Source of the DNA: Clostridia bacterium
GTDB taxonomy: Bacteria; Bacillota; Clostridia; Oscillospirales; CAG-272
Length of the DNA stretch: 64,000 nt
Direction: 5' to 3'
Assembly (NCBI GenBank): GCA_017456625.1
Contig: JAFTJB010000004.1
Location: forward strand, 5,901 to 69,900
The translations under genes and the position numbers were made by a program. The notes under the pieces are model-generated. The model ran no database searches. It was not told the origin of the DNA and was given only the letters and a program-made list of their open reading frames with translations. Shown piece after piece: positions 1 to 9,161 of this stretch. Numbering within the stretch: position 1 is the first letter of the stretch; every line of letters starts with the position of its first letter.

Positions 1-356
1 AGCAGATCGCGTAGCTTTTGCAGGGTTCTGCCGCTATCGATGATATCCTCAATGATCACGACGTCCGCATCGGTAATGTCGCGCTTGAGATCGAGCTGAA
101 CCGCAATAAAGCCCGAGCTCTGCGTGCTTTTTCCGTATGAAGACACCTTCATAAATTCGATCCCGCAATGCAAGGGGATACGGCGAATAAGGTCGGTCGC
201 AAAAAAGATCGAGCCCTTCAGTACGATTACGAAAACCAATTCGTGCTCCGAATCCTTATAGTCCTCGGTCATCTGTGCCGCCAAGCGGTCGCAGATTCCT
301 GCAAGCTCCTCCTCGCTCACGAGGATACGTTTGATGTCCTGTCTGTTATAATACAT
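1..356 (-). CDS. hpt: hypoxanthine phosphoribosyltransferase (3' end cut by window edge)
   Basis: Manual minus-strand translation from the ATG at 354-356 gives MYYNRQDIKRILVSEEELAGICDRLAAQM...DADVVIIEDIIDSGRTLQKLRDL. The EDIIDSGRTL PRPP loop is the HPRT signature. It lies directly downstream of tilS, as in the Firmicute tilS-hprT arrangement. It is absent from the ORF track because no stop codon lies in the window. Confidence 0.85.
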   Translation of the reverse strand, partial: MYYNRQDIKRILVSEEELAGICDRLAAQMTEDYKDSEHELVFVIVLKGSIFFATDLIRRIPLHCGIEFMKVSSYGKSTQSSGFIAVQLDLKRDITDADVVIIEDIIDSGRTLQKLRDL

Positions 357-388
357 GATGTATTTTGTCCTTTCCTTTTGCGTTTAAT

Positions 389-1780
389 CTATAAGGGCTT
401 GATTTTTCTGAAGGAAACGAAAATTCCGCCATGCGAGAGATCACGCTCCTCCGCGCCGTCCCGCGCACCGACGTAAGGGATCCAAACGATCCCTTCCTCG
501 TCACAAAGCAGAGGGAGACGCGCACGCACATCCATTGAAAGACCTGCCTCTCGGTAGAGCCTGCGCACCTCTCGGTGCATACCACCCATGAGGATCCGAT
601 CCCCATCGCGGCGCGGTCGCCAATACATCCTGTCTTTCATTATATCAAAATTTTTCTTTAGAAATATATACGGGGCTGTTGATAAATTGTGAACTTTTAA
701 ATTTTTATCGTTTTTTTTGACAAAAACCGACATACTGCCATCGGGAAGCATCTGTTCACCCTCGCGAAACGGAAGTTCATATGAACACGGAAGCGATCCG
801 CGCGCCCTTTTGACGCAAAGCATACCCTTTTCGATCGCAACCACCGTTGCGCGTGGCAGGGTCAACTCGCTGTGTGCCTCCCCCGCCTTACAAAGACGTA
901 AAATCGCCTCCAGATGGACTCGCTCGGGAGAAATCCCCGCCGTATTTGTCAACCATCTCGACAAAATGCGTCCCTGCAATGCGCGCGCCTCACTGAGAAG
1001 CGGCACGATGGGAAGCGCCCCATCCTTTTCATGCTCGCGCAAAAAGCGATCTGCCATCGAGGAGAGAAGCTCCTCATCCTCGCGCAGGCTCGCGCTCATC
1101 TCACCGATCCGCTCGGTAGCACCCTCAAAAAGAGATTCGAGAACCGGCAAAACCTCGGCACGTACGCGATTTCGTGCATAAGCTGCATCGCAATTCGTCT
1201 CGTCGGTTACGTACCGCAGTGCGTTTTGCTCACAGAAAGCAACGATCTCGCGCTTGGTCACTCCAAGCATAGGACGAACGAGCATACCGCCCGAGAACGA
1301 GCGCACGGGGGCAATTCCGCAAAGTCCCAAAAGTCCGCTACCGCGTGCCATGCGAAACAGAACCGTCTCGGCATTGTCATCGGCATTGTGCGCCGTAACG
1401 AGCAGAGGAATATGATGCGCTTGCATCAGCTCGGCAAAAAACTCGTATCGTAGCTCTCTCGCCGCCTCCTCAATGCTCTTCCCGCGCTCCTTGGCGAGTC
1501 TTGGAACGTCTACGTCTCGTACAAAGATCTCCAGTCCGTATTCCCTTGCGAGCGAAATGCAAAAATCGCGATCGCAAAGAGCCGCCTCGCCCCTGATGCC
1601 GTGGTTAACGTGTGCCAAAAAGAGCAAAAAGCCGTCACGCTTTGCAAATTGCGCCAATACGTGGAGCAAAAAACGCGAATCCGCGCCCCCTGAAAGAGCG
1701 AGCAGAACAGGCGTATCCTTTTCGCACGAGGCAAGCTCCCACGGAGCCTTTACTCTTTCCATTTCCTTCCATCCCCGCAT
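389..1780 (-). CDS. tilS: tRNA(Ile)-lysidine synthase
   Basis: 463-aa ORF with the PP-loop motif VLLALSGGADSRFLLHVL near the N-terminus. Its start overlaps the dnaB stop by 1 nt (TAATG at 1778-1782). hpt lies downstream. Confidence 0.85.
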   Translation of the reverse strand: MRGWKEMERVKAPWELASCEKDTPVLLALSGGADSRFLLHVLAQFAKRDGFLLFLAHVNHGIRGEAALCDRDFCISLAREYGLEIFVRDVDVPRLAKERGKSIEEAARELRYEFFAELMQAHHIPLLVTAHNADDNAETVLFRMARGSGLLGLCGIAPVRSFSGGMLVRPMLGVTKREIVAFCEQNALRYVTDETNCDAAYARNRVRAEVLPVLESLFEGATERIGEMSASLREDEELLSSMADRFLREHEKDGALPIVPLLSEARALQGRILSRWLTNTAGISPERVHLEAILRLCKAGEAHSELTLPRATVVAIEKGMLCVKRARGSLPCSYELPFREGEQMLPDGSMSVFVKKNDKNLKVHNLSTAPYIFLKKNFDIMKDRMYWRPRRDGDRILMGGMHREVRRLYREAGLSMDVRARLPLLCDEEGIVWIPYVGARDGAEERDLSHGGIFVSFRKIKPL

Positions 1781-3123
1781 TACTGCGCTTCCAACTCCTT
1801 ATCGATGGTGACAAACTTGGTAAACTGACCGTTCCAACCGATGTTGACCGTTCCAACCGAGCCATGGCGGTTCTTTGCAATGATGACCTGCGCCACGCTT
1901 GCGCTTTGGTTGTTGGGATCCTGATCGGTCTTATAGTATTCGTCACGGTAGAGGAAAATAACCGTATCCGCATCCTGCTCAATCGCACCCGAGTCACGCA
2001 GGTCGGAAAGCATCGGCTTTTTGTCGGTTCTGCCCTCGGGTCCACGCGAAAGCTGTGCGCAACAAATGACGGGAACCATCAATTCCTTTGCCATGATCTT
2101 GAGCGAACGGGAAATCTCGGAGACCTCCTGCACACGGTTATCCTTGTGTCCGTCGCCCTGCATGAGTCCCAGATAGTCGATCACGACGAGTCCGAGATTT
2201 TTGACACGGCGAAGCTTTGCCTTCATTGCCGTAACCGTCATATTGGAGGTATCGTCAATGAGAATGTCACAGCCCGCAAGCTCACTCGATGCGTGCGCAA
2301 GCTTTTCCCAATCGTCCGGCTTGAATTCACCCGTACGGAGCGCATAGCTATCCACAAGTGCCTCACTCGAAAGCATACGGCTCACGACTTGGTCGGCAGA
2401 CATCTCGAGCGAGAAGAAGCACACCGTCTTTTTTGTCTGCTTTGCCACGTTGGTTGCTACGTTCAGCGCAAACGAGGTCTTACCCATACCGGGACGCGCG
2501 CCGACCAGAACAAGGTCACTCTTACCCATACCCGCAAGCACGCGGTCAAGCCCCGAAAATCCGGTCTGCGTTCCCTGCGTTGCTTCTCGGTTGGTATTGA
2601 GCTCCTGCAGGTGGTTGTACACCTCAACAAGAACGTCCTTGATATGACGGAAGTTCTTGGTATCTCTACCCTGTGCAATATTAAAAATGAGATTTTCCGC
2701 GTGATCGAGAATGGATGCTACCGCCTCCTGCTCGGAGTATGCCGCCTCCGCGATCTCACTGCTGGCAGAAATCAGCTGACGAAGAACGCTCTTTTCCTTG
2801 ACGATGCGCGCGTAGTCCTTGACGTTGAGCGCGTCCGGAACCGCCTCGGAGAGCGTACGGATGTAATCCTCACCGCCCGATTTGTCGTAAATCCCCTTGG
2901 TGACCAGCATATCGATGAGGGTGACCACGTCGATCTCTCGGTTCGCCAAGAAGAGCTCACGCATTGCAAGATAGATCTGCTTATGCTCAGTCAGATAGAA
3001 GTCATCCGACGTGATCAGATCCGCAACCTCGTTAAGCGCCGCAGGATCGACTAAGATCGATCCGAGAAGCGATTGCTCCGCGGGCATGGAAAAGGGTTGC
3101 TTTTTTACCAACTCATCCTGCAT
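1780..3123 (-). CDS. dnaB: replicative DNA helicase (DnaB family; DnaC in B. subtilis nomenclature)
   Basis: 447-aa ORF with Walker A GARPGMGKTSFALNVA, Walker B LVVIDYLGLM and a C-terminal IIAKNRHGSVGTV. It follows rplI, the canonical synteny. Confidence 0.95.
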   Translation of the reverse strand: MQDELVKKQPFSMPAEQSLLGSILVDPAALNEVADLITSDDFYLTEHKQIYLAMRELFLANREIDVVTLIDMLVTKGIYDKSGGEDYIRTLSEAVPDALNVKDYARIVKEKSVLRQLISASSEIAEAAYSEQEAVASILDHAENLIFNIAQGRDTKNFRHIKDVLVEVYNHLQELNTNREATQGTQTGFSGLDRVLAGMGKSDLVLVGARPGMGKTSFALNVATNVAKQTKKTVCFFSLEMSADQVVSRMLSSEALVDSYALRTGEFKPDDWEKLAHASSELAGCDILIDDTSNMTVTAMKAKLRRVKNLGLVVIDYLGLMQGDGHKDNRVQEVSEISRSLKIMAKELMVPVICCAQLSRGPEGRTDKKPMLSDLRDSGAIEQDADTVIFLYRDEYYKTDQDPNNQSASVAQVIIAKNRHGSVGTVNIGWNGQFTKFVTIDKELEAQ

Positions 3124-3126
3124 GGC

Positions 3127-3573
3127 TTATTTTTCGCAAACGAGAACGTTGATGGTTCCCGTGATCTCGGTGTAGAGCTTGACCTCTACACTGTATTTTC
3201 CGTACGCCTTGATGGGATCCTTCATAACGATCTTACGCTTGTCGATCACAAGCTTGTGGTCAGCCTCAAGTCTCTCCGCAATCTCCTTGGAGGTAACGGA
3301 GCCGTAAAGCTTTCCGTCCGCACCGCTCGATGCGGGGATCTTGACTTGGATCGCCTTGAGCTTTTCAGCCATCTCGCGCGCTTCCTTCTTTTCGGTCTCA
3401 ATGCGGTACTGACGAGCCGCCTCCTTGACCTTGACGTCGTTGAGCGCCTGCGCATCCGCAACCTTTGCCAGCTTTCTTGCGATCAAGAAATTCTTTGCGT
3501 ATCCGTCGGATACCTCGATCACGTCATTCTTTTTGCCCTGTCCCTTGACATCTGCAAGCAATACTACCTTCAT
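3127..3573 (-). CDS. rplI: 50S ribosomal protein L9
   Basis: 148 aa starting MKVVLLADVKGQGKKNDVIEVSDGYAKNFLIARKLA, the typical L9 N-terminal domain. It sits between gdpP and dnaB. Confidence 0.95.
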   Translation of the reverse strand: MKVVLLADVKGQGKKNDVIEVSDGYAKNFLIARKLAKVADAQALNDVKVKEAARQYRIETEKKEAREMAEKLKAIQVKIPASSGADGKLYGSVTSKEIAERLEADHKLVIDKRKIVMKDPIKAYGKYSVEVKLYTEITGTINVLVCEK

Positions 3574-3606
3574 TGTTTCTTATCCTTTCATATCGTGCTC
3601 CAAGCA

Positions 3607-5724
3607 TTATTTCGTCTTGGAGGGTGTCTTGTCATATTCGTTATCCAAATAGTCGTCGAGCACTTCCTTGAGCTGCAAGCACGCCGCCTCAAGCGTGGTG
3701 TTTTGCAGGCGGGTGCCCGCCATATCGTAGTGTCCGCCGCCGCCCATCTTCTGCATGATGATCTGCACGTTGATCTTATTGAAGGATCTTGCCGAAATGG
3801 TGACGGTATTCTCCGCGCGGAGCAGTGCAAACGATGCCTCAATTCCGTCCACCGTCATAAGCTTATCCGCCGCCTTTGCCACCGCAATGTTGTCATCCTC
3901 GGTTGCGGGATGATCGATACTGAGCCAGGTAATGGCGATCTTATCACGGTAGGTACGCGTACGGCTGTCTATGTCACTCGAGGTAAAGAGATCAGACATC
4001 GACTCGGCAAAGAAGCGTCTTGCCACGTTGGTGTGCGCACCGCGCTGATAGAGGTAATGCACAGCAGAGAAGGTCTGCATACCCGCTCCCTGCGTAAAGT
4101 TTTTGGTATCGAGCATCAGTCCCGTCAGCATCAGCGTTGCCTCCTCCTTGAGGAGCTTATCGCGATAGGGGCTGAACTCCAGCATCTCGCTGACCAGCTC
4201 GCTCGCGGACGATACCGCGGGGCGAATGTAGGTCATGAGCGGCTTGAACTCATACATCTGATCCTGTCTGCGGTGATGGTCAACAATAACGATGCGGTCA
4301 ACGCACTTGGTAAGCTTGGGAAGCTCGGTATTGAACACGTTGTTGACGTCACTCATGATCAGGAGCGTATCCGAGCGCACCGCATCAAGTGCCGTATCGC
4401 CGCTGATAAACATTGAGCGGTATTCGGGCAGATGTGCCAATACGTCGTAGCAGATACGGAAGTTTGCGTGATCACGGTTGACCACAATGCGGATCCTCGA
4501 GCTGTCTCCGCCGCGTGCACAGATCGCAAGACGGGCAAGACCGACGCAGGAGCCGATCGAGTCGTAATCGGGGCCTCTGTGTCCCATAATGAGCACGTTG
4601 CCCGCCTCACGCATCAGATTGCACAGATGCTGCGAATTGACACGCGAGGTAATGGTAGTGGAGCCGTACATCGTGTTGACCCGACCGCCATAAGGGGTAA
4701 TCGACTTGCCGTCGTTGACCGCCGCCTGGTCTCCACCCTTCTGAAGCGCAATGTCAAGCGCGTCGCTCGCTGCGCGCTCCTTATCCTCAAAGCTACCCGA
4801 CACCGCACCGATACCCATGGAAATGGTAACGGGGAAGCTGTTATCTCCAAGCTTAATATTTCTTACGGTGTCAAGAATATGGAACTTGTTTTCAATGCAA
4901 CGATCAAGAGCCGAGCGCGAAAAGATCATCAGATACTTCTCTCGGTCGTATTCGCGAAGCATTCCGCCAAGGCTGACCGCCCACTCCTTGAGCTTGTTCT
5001 CGATCTCGTTGACCGCGGTACGGTAATTGACACGAATGTACTGCGCAAGCTCCTGCAGGCTATCGATAACGATGTAAGCAACCACAGGCTCCTCCTCCGC
5101 ACGTGTACGGCGAAGGGCGGTCAGATCGGTAATGTCCTTGAAAACGACAAAATAATAATCCTTTCCGCGCGAGCGCATTACGTAGCATTGCAGCTCGTAG
5201 TTACGCGCGTCGATCTCGGTCACCATCGGGGTGCTGTTATCGATCGGCACACCGTCCTCGGTCACGGTAACGTCCTTCACGGGTGCGCCGTTCTGCGCGT
5301 ACGCGATGATATCCTTCATCGGAACAGAGCAAAAGGTATCCAGAGGCACGTTACACACGGGCGAGCGGTATTGCAGCATATCCTGCAACGCCCCGCTGAC
5401 GATCTTGACGATTCCGTCCTCGTTGATGATCGCGTAAGGCAGATCCACAACGTAACGGAACATATCGCTGACCTCTGTGGTCATCAGCTCTGCCGCCTCG
5501 TTTGCCGCGGAAACACGGCGATAGCGGTAGAGATACGCGAACAGAAGCACTGCCATGACCACAACGTAGACACCGCAAAGCCCCAATGCGTAGATCAATA
5601 ATCCTTCCTCCACAACCGCCGTCGCCAGCGTGAGCAGTCCCAAAAGGACCGTCCCAAGCACCGCAGATATGATGAGCGGCGCGCGCAGATCGGTGCGAAA
5701 GATCTGTTTATTTCTTTTTTGCAT
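3607..5724 (-). CDS. gdpP: GdpP/YybT-type cyclic-di-AMP phosphodiesterase (2 TM + PAS-like + degenerate GGDEF + DHH/DHHA1)
   Basis: 705 aa with two N-terminal TM helices, the DHH motif IVIVDHHRR and the DHHA1 motif GGGGHYDMAG. Placement in yybS-gdpP-rplI-dnaB synteny supports the call. Confidence 0.85.
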   Translation of the reverse strand: MQKRNKQIFRTDLRAPLIISAVLGTVLLGLLTLATAVVEEGLLIYALGLCGVYVVVMAVLLFAYLYRYRRVSAANEAAELMTTEVSDMFRYVVDLPYAIINEDGIVKIVSGALQDMLQYRSPVCNVPLDTFCSVPMKDIIAYAQNGAPVKDVTVTEDGVPIDNSTPMVTEIDARNYELQCYVMRSRGKDYYFVVFKDITDLTALRRTRAEEEPVVAYIVIDSLQELAQYIRVNYRTAVNEIENKLKEWAVSLGGMLREYDREKYLMIFSRSALDRCIENKFHILDTVRNIKLGDNSFPVTISMGIGAVSGSFEDKERAASDALDIALQKGGDQAAVNDGKSITPYGGRVNTMYGSTTITSRVNSQHLCNLMREAGNVLIMGHRGPDYDSIGSCVGLARLAICARGGDSSRIRIVVNRDHANFRICYDVLAHLPEYRSMFISGDTALDAVRSDTLLIMSDVNNVFNTELPKLTKCVDRIVIVDHHRRQDQMYEFKPLMTYIRPAVSSASELVSEMLEFSPYRDKLLKEEATLMLTGLMLDTKNFTQGAGMQTFSAVHYLYQRGAHTNVARRFFAESMSDLFTSSDIDSRTRTYRDKIAITWLSIDHPATEDDNIAVAKAADKLMTVDGIEASFALLRAENTVTISARSFNKINVQIIMQKMGGGGHYDMAGTRLQNTTLEAACLQLKEVLDDYLDNEYDKTPSKTK

Positions 5725-5760
5725 ATCATTTCCTCCCTCTACAAAGGATCACGTAAAGAA

Positions 5761-7089
5761 TCATTCCTGCGTGTCATCCTCGGAGTCTTTTTTGTCTTTC
5801 TCCTCCGACGGCTCCTTGGAATCGTTTTTTGATTCCTCATGCGGCATACGTTCGCCAAAATTCGTGCCATTGGGCGGCATCTGTTCCTTCATCTTACCGA
5901 TCATCCGTGCGCCGATCGCCGAGATGATAACAGTAAGCGCTCCAAAAAATGCAAGCAGGCTAAAGAGCGCGGTCACGTCGGTAATTAAAATAAAGATCAA
6001 CAGGATCGACAGAATGATCTTCGGTCCGCCCTTGGTCGTACGGAAGCGGAACACGGTCGCCCCAAAACCGATGAGAATGAGACCCGGGGTCAGAATCAGA
6101 TAGAAGTTCTGCGCGACCGCCGAAGCCATTCCGTTTGCGGGAAGCACCGCGGTGAGAAAAAAGGTCACCAAATAGATGATCGCAGAAGCCGTGCTCATCG
6201 TGAACGCGACCGATGCAGGCGTGAGCATCTTTTTCATTCCCAACGTGCAGTAGGTTCCGCAAACCAGCGACTGCGACTCGTAAGCAAGGATACTGCAAAG
6301 CACAATGACAAGCGCGGGCAGAATATTGTAGATCATTGCCACCAGGGTCACAAGATTTTCGCGGCTCATCAGCGTCTCCAGCGCGGTATAGGACGCACTG
6401 CCCTGCATCCCCTGCTCGGTCAAAAGCTTGAGCATCTCGTCCTTGTACCGCACCAGGATCCCAACGACCCATTCGCGTTGCGTATCAAAATGAGAAACGA
6501 TCGTATCGCGTGAGACCGAGCCGTAGGTAACAACAAAGTAGATCACCAGCAGCGCCAGCACCGTGACAAGAAGCCCACCAATGGTATAGCAGACTGCCGT
6601 CGTACGTCTCTGTCCCGTCACCGTCGCCAGAGCAAGTAAAAGAGATGCGGGTAAAGTAATGAGAGTCAAGCATGAGAGCGCGGGATCTCCCGTGATCGCA
6701 AAAGCAATCCCCCATGCGGCAATCGGCAAGATCACCGTTCGCCAAGGAGAGGGCATTGCGGTCAGAAGAACCGCTCCGCATCCCGTTCCTGCAACGATTC
6801 CAAGAACGGTAACGCCCGCCGAAAAGCTACCAAGGAGCGCCACGGGAATAAAGGAAGCAAGGATGACCGAAATGACGATGCGAGGCATACGCAACGCGTA
6901 TACAATACCTGCGCAAAGTCCGATATACGCGATCAGTGAAAGCTGCTCCGCACCAATAAAGATCGGTGAAAGAGCCGCCAGAATGTAGATCAGCACAATC
7001 GGGATCAGCGCGACCGTCTTTGGGTACGGAATCTCATCCCGCTTTTTCCAAGGATTTTCTATATCGGTATCAAACGGCATTTGATTCAT
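5761..7089 (-). CDS. polytopic membrane protein, YybS-like by position (DUF2232-type)
   Basis: 442 aa with at least 8 hydrophobic segments and an acidic, Lys-rich C-terminal tail. It lies immediately upstream of gdpP, where yybS sits in Bacilli. The assignment rests on synteny only. Confidence 0.5.
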   Translation of the reverse strand: MNQMPFDTDIENPWKKRDEIPYPKTVALIPIVLIYILAALSPIFIGAEQLSLIAYIGLCAGIVYALRMPRIVISVILASFIPVALLGSFSAGVTVLGIVAGTGCGAVLLTAMPSPWRTVILPIAAWGIAFAITGDPALSCLTLITLPASLLLALATVTGQRRTTAVCYTIGGLLVTVLALLVIYFVVTYGSVSRDTIVSHFDTQREWVVGILVRYKDEMLKLLTEQGMQGSASYTALETLMSRENLVTLVAMIYNILPALVIVLCSILAYESQSLVCGTYCTLGMKKMLTPASVAFTMSTASAIIYLVTFFLTAVLPANGMASAVAQNFYLILTPGLILIGFGATVFRFRTTKGGPKIILSILLIFILITDVTALFSLLAFFGALTVIISAIGARMIGKMKEQMPPNGTNFGERMPHEESKNDSKEPSEEKDKKDSEDDTQE

Positions 7090-7235
7090 TCTCTACCTCT
7101 TCTTCCTTTCATCTTTTTTTTCACAAGGGCACAACTACCCTATTGTAATAGTATATCATATTTTTTTGCTTTTGTAAACACCTATTTGCATTTTTTTGGC
7201 AACGTTGGCAACAATTCGCTCCCAACGCATTATAA

Positions 7236-7272
7236 AAAGAAGAAGTCCCCCCATCGGGAGGAACTTCTCTTT
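7236..7272 (-). terminator. probable intrinsic terminator after the LRR gene
   Basis: Minus-strand reading is agaagttcctccc-gatg-gggggacttct followed by a T-run, 10-45 nt past the stop at 7282. Confidence 0.5.
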
Positions 7273-7281
7273 TTTATCCGT

Positions 7282-8283
7282 TCAATCCAGCAAATGCGCG
7301 GGCTTTTGCTCGATCGTGGAGCGGCGGCGCTCACGCTTTCGCTCCTCAATGGTCTTGCCAACGATCACGACCTCGGCACGACCAAAGCTGCCGCAAAGAA
7401 TCAGCTGATGCTTCATTCTCCTTTGCATATACTCATTATCTACAATAATTTGGATCTTTTCGCGCGAAAAGCCAAGTCCAAATGCACCAAAGCCAAGTCG
7501 CTTGAGCGTATGTGGAACGGTCACCTGCTCCAAGCGCTCATTTTTAGCGAACGCTCCTCTGCCGATCACCGTGCATCCAAGCTCAATCTCCACGTTTTTC
7601 AGTCTTGCGCAACCGTAAAAAGCCTTTTTGCCGATCTTCTTGATCTGTGCGGGAACGGTAAACACGTAAAGTGCGCTACAAGCGCGGAATACCCCCGCGG
7701 GAAGCTCCTGCAAGGTTGCCGAAAGCTCAATCTCCTCCAAGGAGATGCAACCGCGGAACATTTCCCGCGACAAATGCGAAACTCCCGTCTCTGTAACAAC
7801 TGTTTTTAGCTCTGTACAATCCGAAAACGCACCACGTCCCAGCGTTTCCACGCAAGCGGGCACTGTCAGCGCCTCAATCGACGTACATCCGCGAAAAGCA
7901 AATTCACCGATCCTGCGAAGGCTCGTACCAAACATCGGCTCCTGCAAGCAATAGCAACGGTCAAATGCAAGATCACCAATCGAGGAAAGCCGCTCCATTC
8001 CGTCCACCTCGCGCAAGCGATAGCAATGGCGGAACGCACCCTTGGATATTCCAACGGTATTTTCATTCGGAAGCGACACCGAAAAGAGTCGCTTGCATCC
8101 GCCAAACGCCTCGGTCTTGACCGCAGATACCGTAGCAGGCAACCATACCTGCTCGAGTCTTCGGTCAAACGCAAACGCGCGCTTGCCAACAGATAGAAAA
8201 TCCGCCTCTGTCAGATCCACGTCCTCTTCCCTGCCGCGCCAGCGGGTAAGCTGCCATTTTTTTACCGTATATTGATTTTTCAT
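7282..8283 (-). CDS. BspA-type leucine-rich repeat protein (LRR_5-like), no signal peptide
   Basis: 333 aa with about ten ~23-aa units of the pattern I..I...AF..C..L..V.IP (for example IGEFAFRGCTSIEALTVPACVETLGRGAFSDCTELKTV). There is no N-terminal hydrophobic segment. The C-terminus is basic (ERKRERRRS). Confidence 0.65.
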   Translation of the reverse strand: MKNQYTVKKWQLTRWRGREEDVDLTEADFLSVGKRAFAFDRRLEQVWLPATVSAVKTEAFGGCKRLFSVSLPNENTVGISKGAFRHCYRLREVDGMERLSSIGDLAFDRCYCLQEPMFGTSLRRIGEFAFRGCTSIEALTVPACVETLGRGAFSDCTELKTVVTETGVSHLSREMFRGCISLEEIELSATLQELPAGVFRACSALYVFTVPAQIKKIGKKAFYGCARLKNVEIELGCTVIGRGAFAKNERLEQVTVPHTLKRLGFGAFGLGFSREKIQIIVDNEYMQRRMKHQLILCGSFGRAEVVIVGKTIEERKRERRRSTIEQKPAHLLD

Positions 8284-8296
8284 CGCTCCATCCTCC

Positions 8297-9034
8297 TCAT
8301 TTTACCAGTTCATTGCGCTCTTCTGTAAGCAGATACGCCTCCAGGCACACCGTTCCGTCCGAATCGGTCGTGCGGAACCAATATCCCCCCTCCTGCTGTG
8401 CACGCTCGACCTTGAGCGTATGTCCATAGGTCGCCTCATGCAGATAAGAGAGTGTAAATCCAAGCACGCGCTTGGAAAAGATCTCGGGAACAAAATCGCA
8501 CAGCATATCGGGGTATCGTGTGTTATTCATATGTCCGTTATAATCGATGTCACAATACCGAATGGTACGCTCGCCCGCTATCTCCACCTGCAGCATGGAA
8601 GGAAAATGCACACGGCGCGGCAGATCAATGTCAAGCGGATCATCGCCCGGAAATTCAAAGCGGAAATCGTTGACCTTGACCAATCTGCGCTCGCGAAGAT
8701 CCATCAACGCCCATACGGAATATGCCTCCGCCACGGTACGCCCATCCTTAAGGATGCAGAAGCAACGATTGAAGGAGAGTCCGCGGCTATCGCAGATCCA
8801 GGTCTGTACGTCTATCTCATCATGCGCGTACAACGGCTCGTAAATGCGCACCGAAATGCGGCTGAGCAAAAAGCCGAGTCCGTGCTTATCGCGCAGATCG
8901 TCAAGTGGAATACCGCTGAATTTCAGCTGCAAATTGGCAGTCTCCTGCATATACATTAAGATCTGCGAGGGGCGCACCTCTCTGTTGGCATCGGTATCGT
9001 GCCACTTGACTTGAAAATGGTGTGTATATTTCAT
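8297..9034 (-). CDS. acyl-ACP thioesterase family protein
   Basis: The ORF track gives 8297..9139. I prefer the internal ATG at 9032-9034 (MKYTHHFQVKWHDTDANREVRPSQILMYMQETA), which has AAGGAA upstream and yields a typical ~245-aa double hot-dog thioesterase. The H.F.V...D.D.N N-terminus is characteristic of the family. Confidence 0.7.
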   Translation of the reverse strand: MKYTHHFQVKWHDTDANREVRPSQILMYMQETANLQLKFSGIPLDDLRDKHGLGFLLSRISVRIYEPLYAHDEIDVQTWICDSRGLSFNRCFCILKDGRTVAEAYSVWALMDLRERRLVKVNDFRFEFPGDDPLDIDLPRRVHFPSMLQVEIAGERTIRYCDIDYNGHMNNTRYPDMLCDFVPEIFSKRVLGFTLSYLHEATYGHTLKVERAQQEGGYWFRTTDSDGTVCLEAYLLTEERNELVK

Positions 9035-9051
9035 ATATGGGTTCCTTTGCC

Positions 9052-9093
9052 TCGAAAAAATGTCGGGGAAAACCTCCGCAGAAGCTTTCCCCG
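9052..9093 (-). terminator. intrinsic terminator after the giant surface-protein gene
   Basis: 8-bp stem cggggaaa/tttccccg (9064-9071 with 9086-9093). On the minus strand it is followed by acaTTTTTT, about 70 nt after the stop at 9162. Confidence 0.55.
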
Positions 9094-9161
9094 ATGGTCC
9101 GGGAGAGATCACCGCTCTTTGCGATGATCCGTATCCCAAACAGATTGACGTTTATCCGTCA

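Noticed and set aside
1612-4416. Plus-strand ORFs 1612..3054 (480 aa) and 3073..4416 (447 aa)
   Set aside because: They are shadows of dnaB, rplI and gdpP, with low-complexity Arg/Leu/His-rich translations and no motifs.
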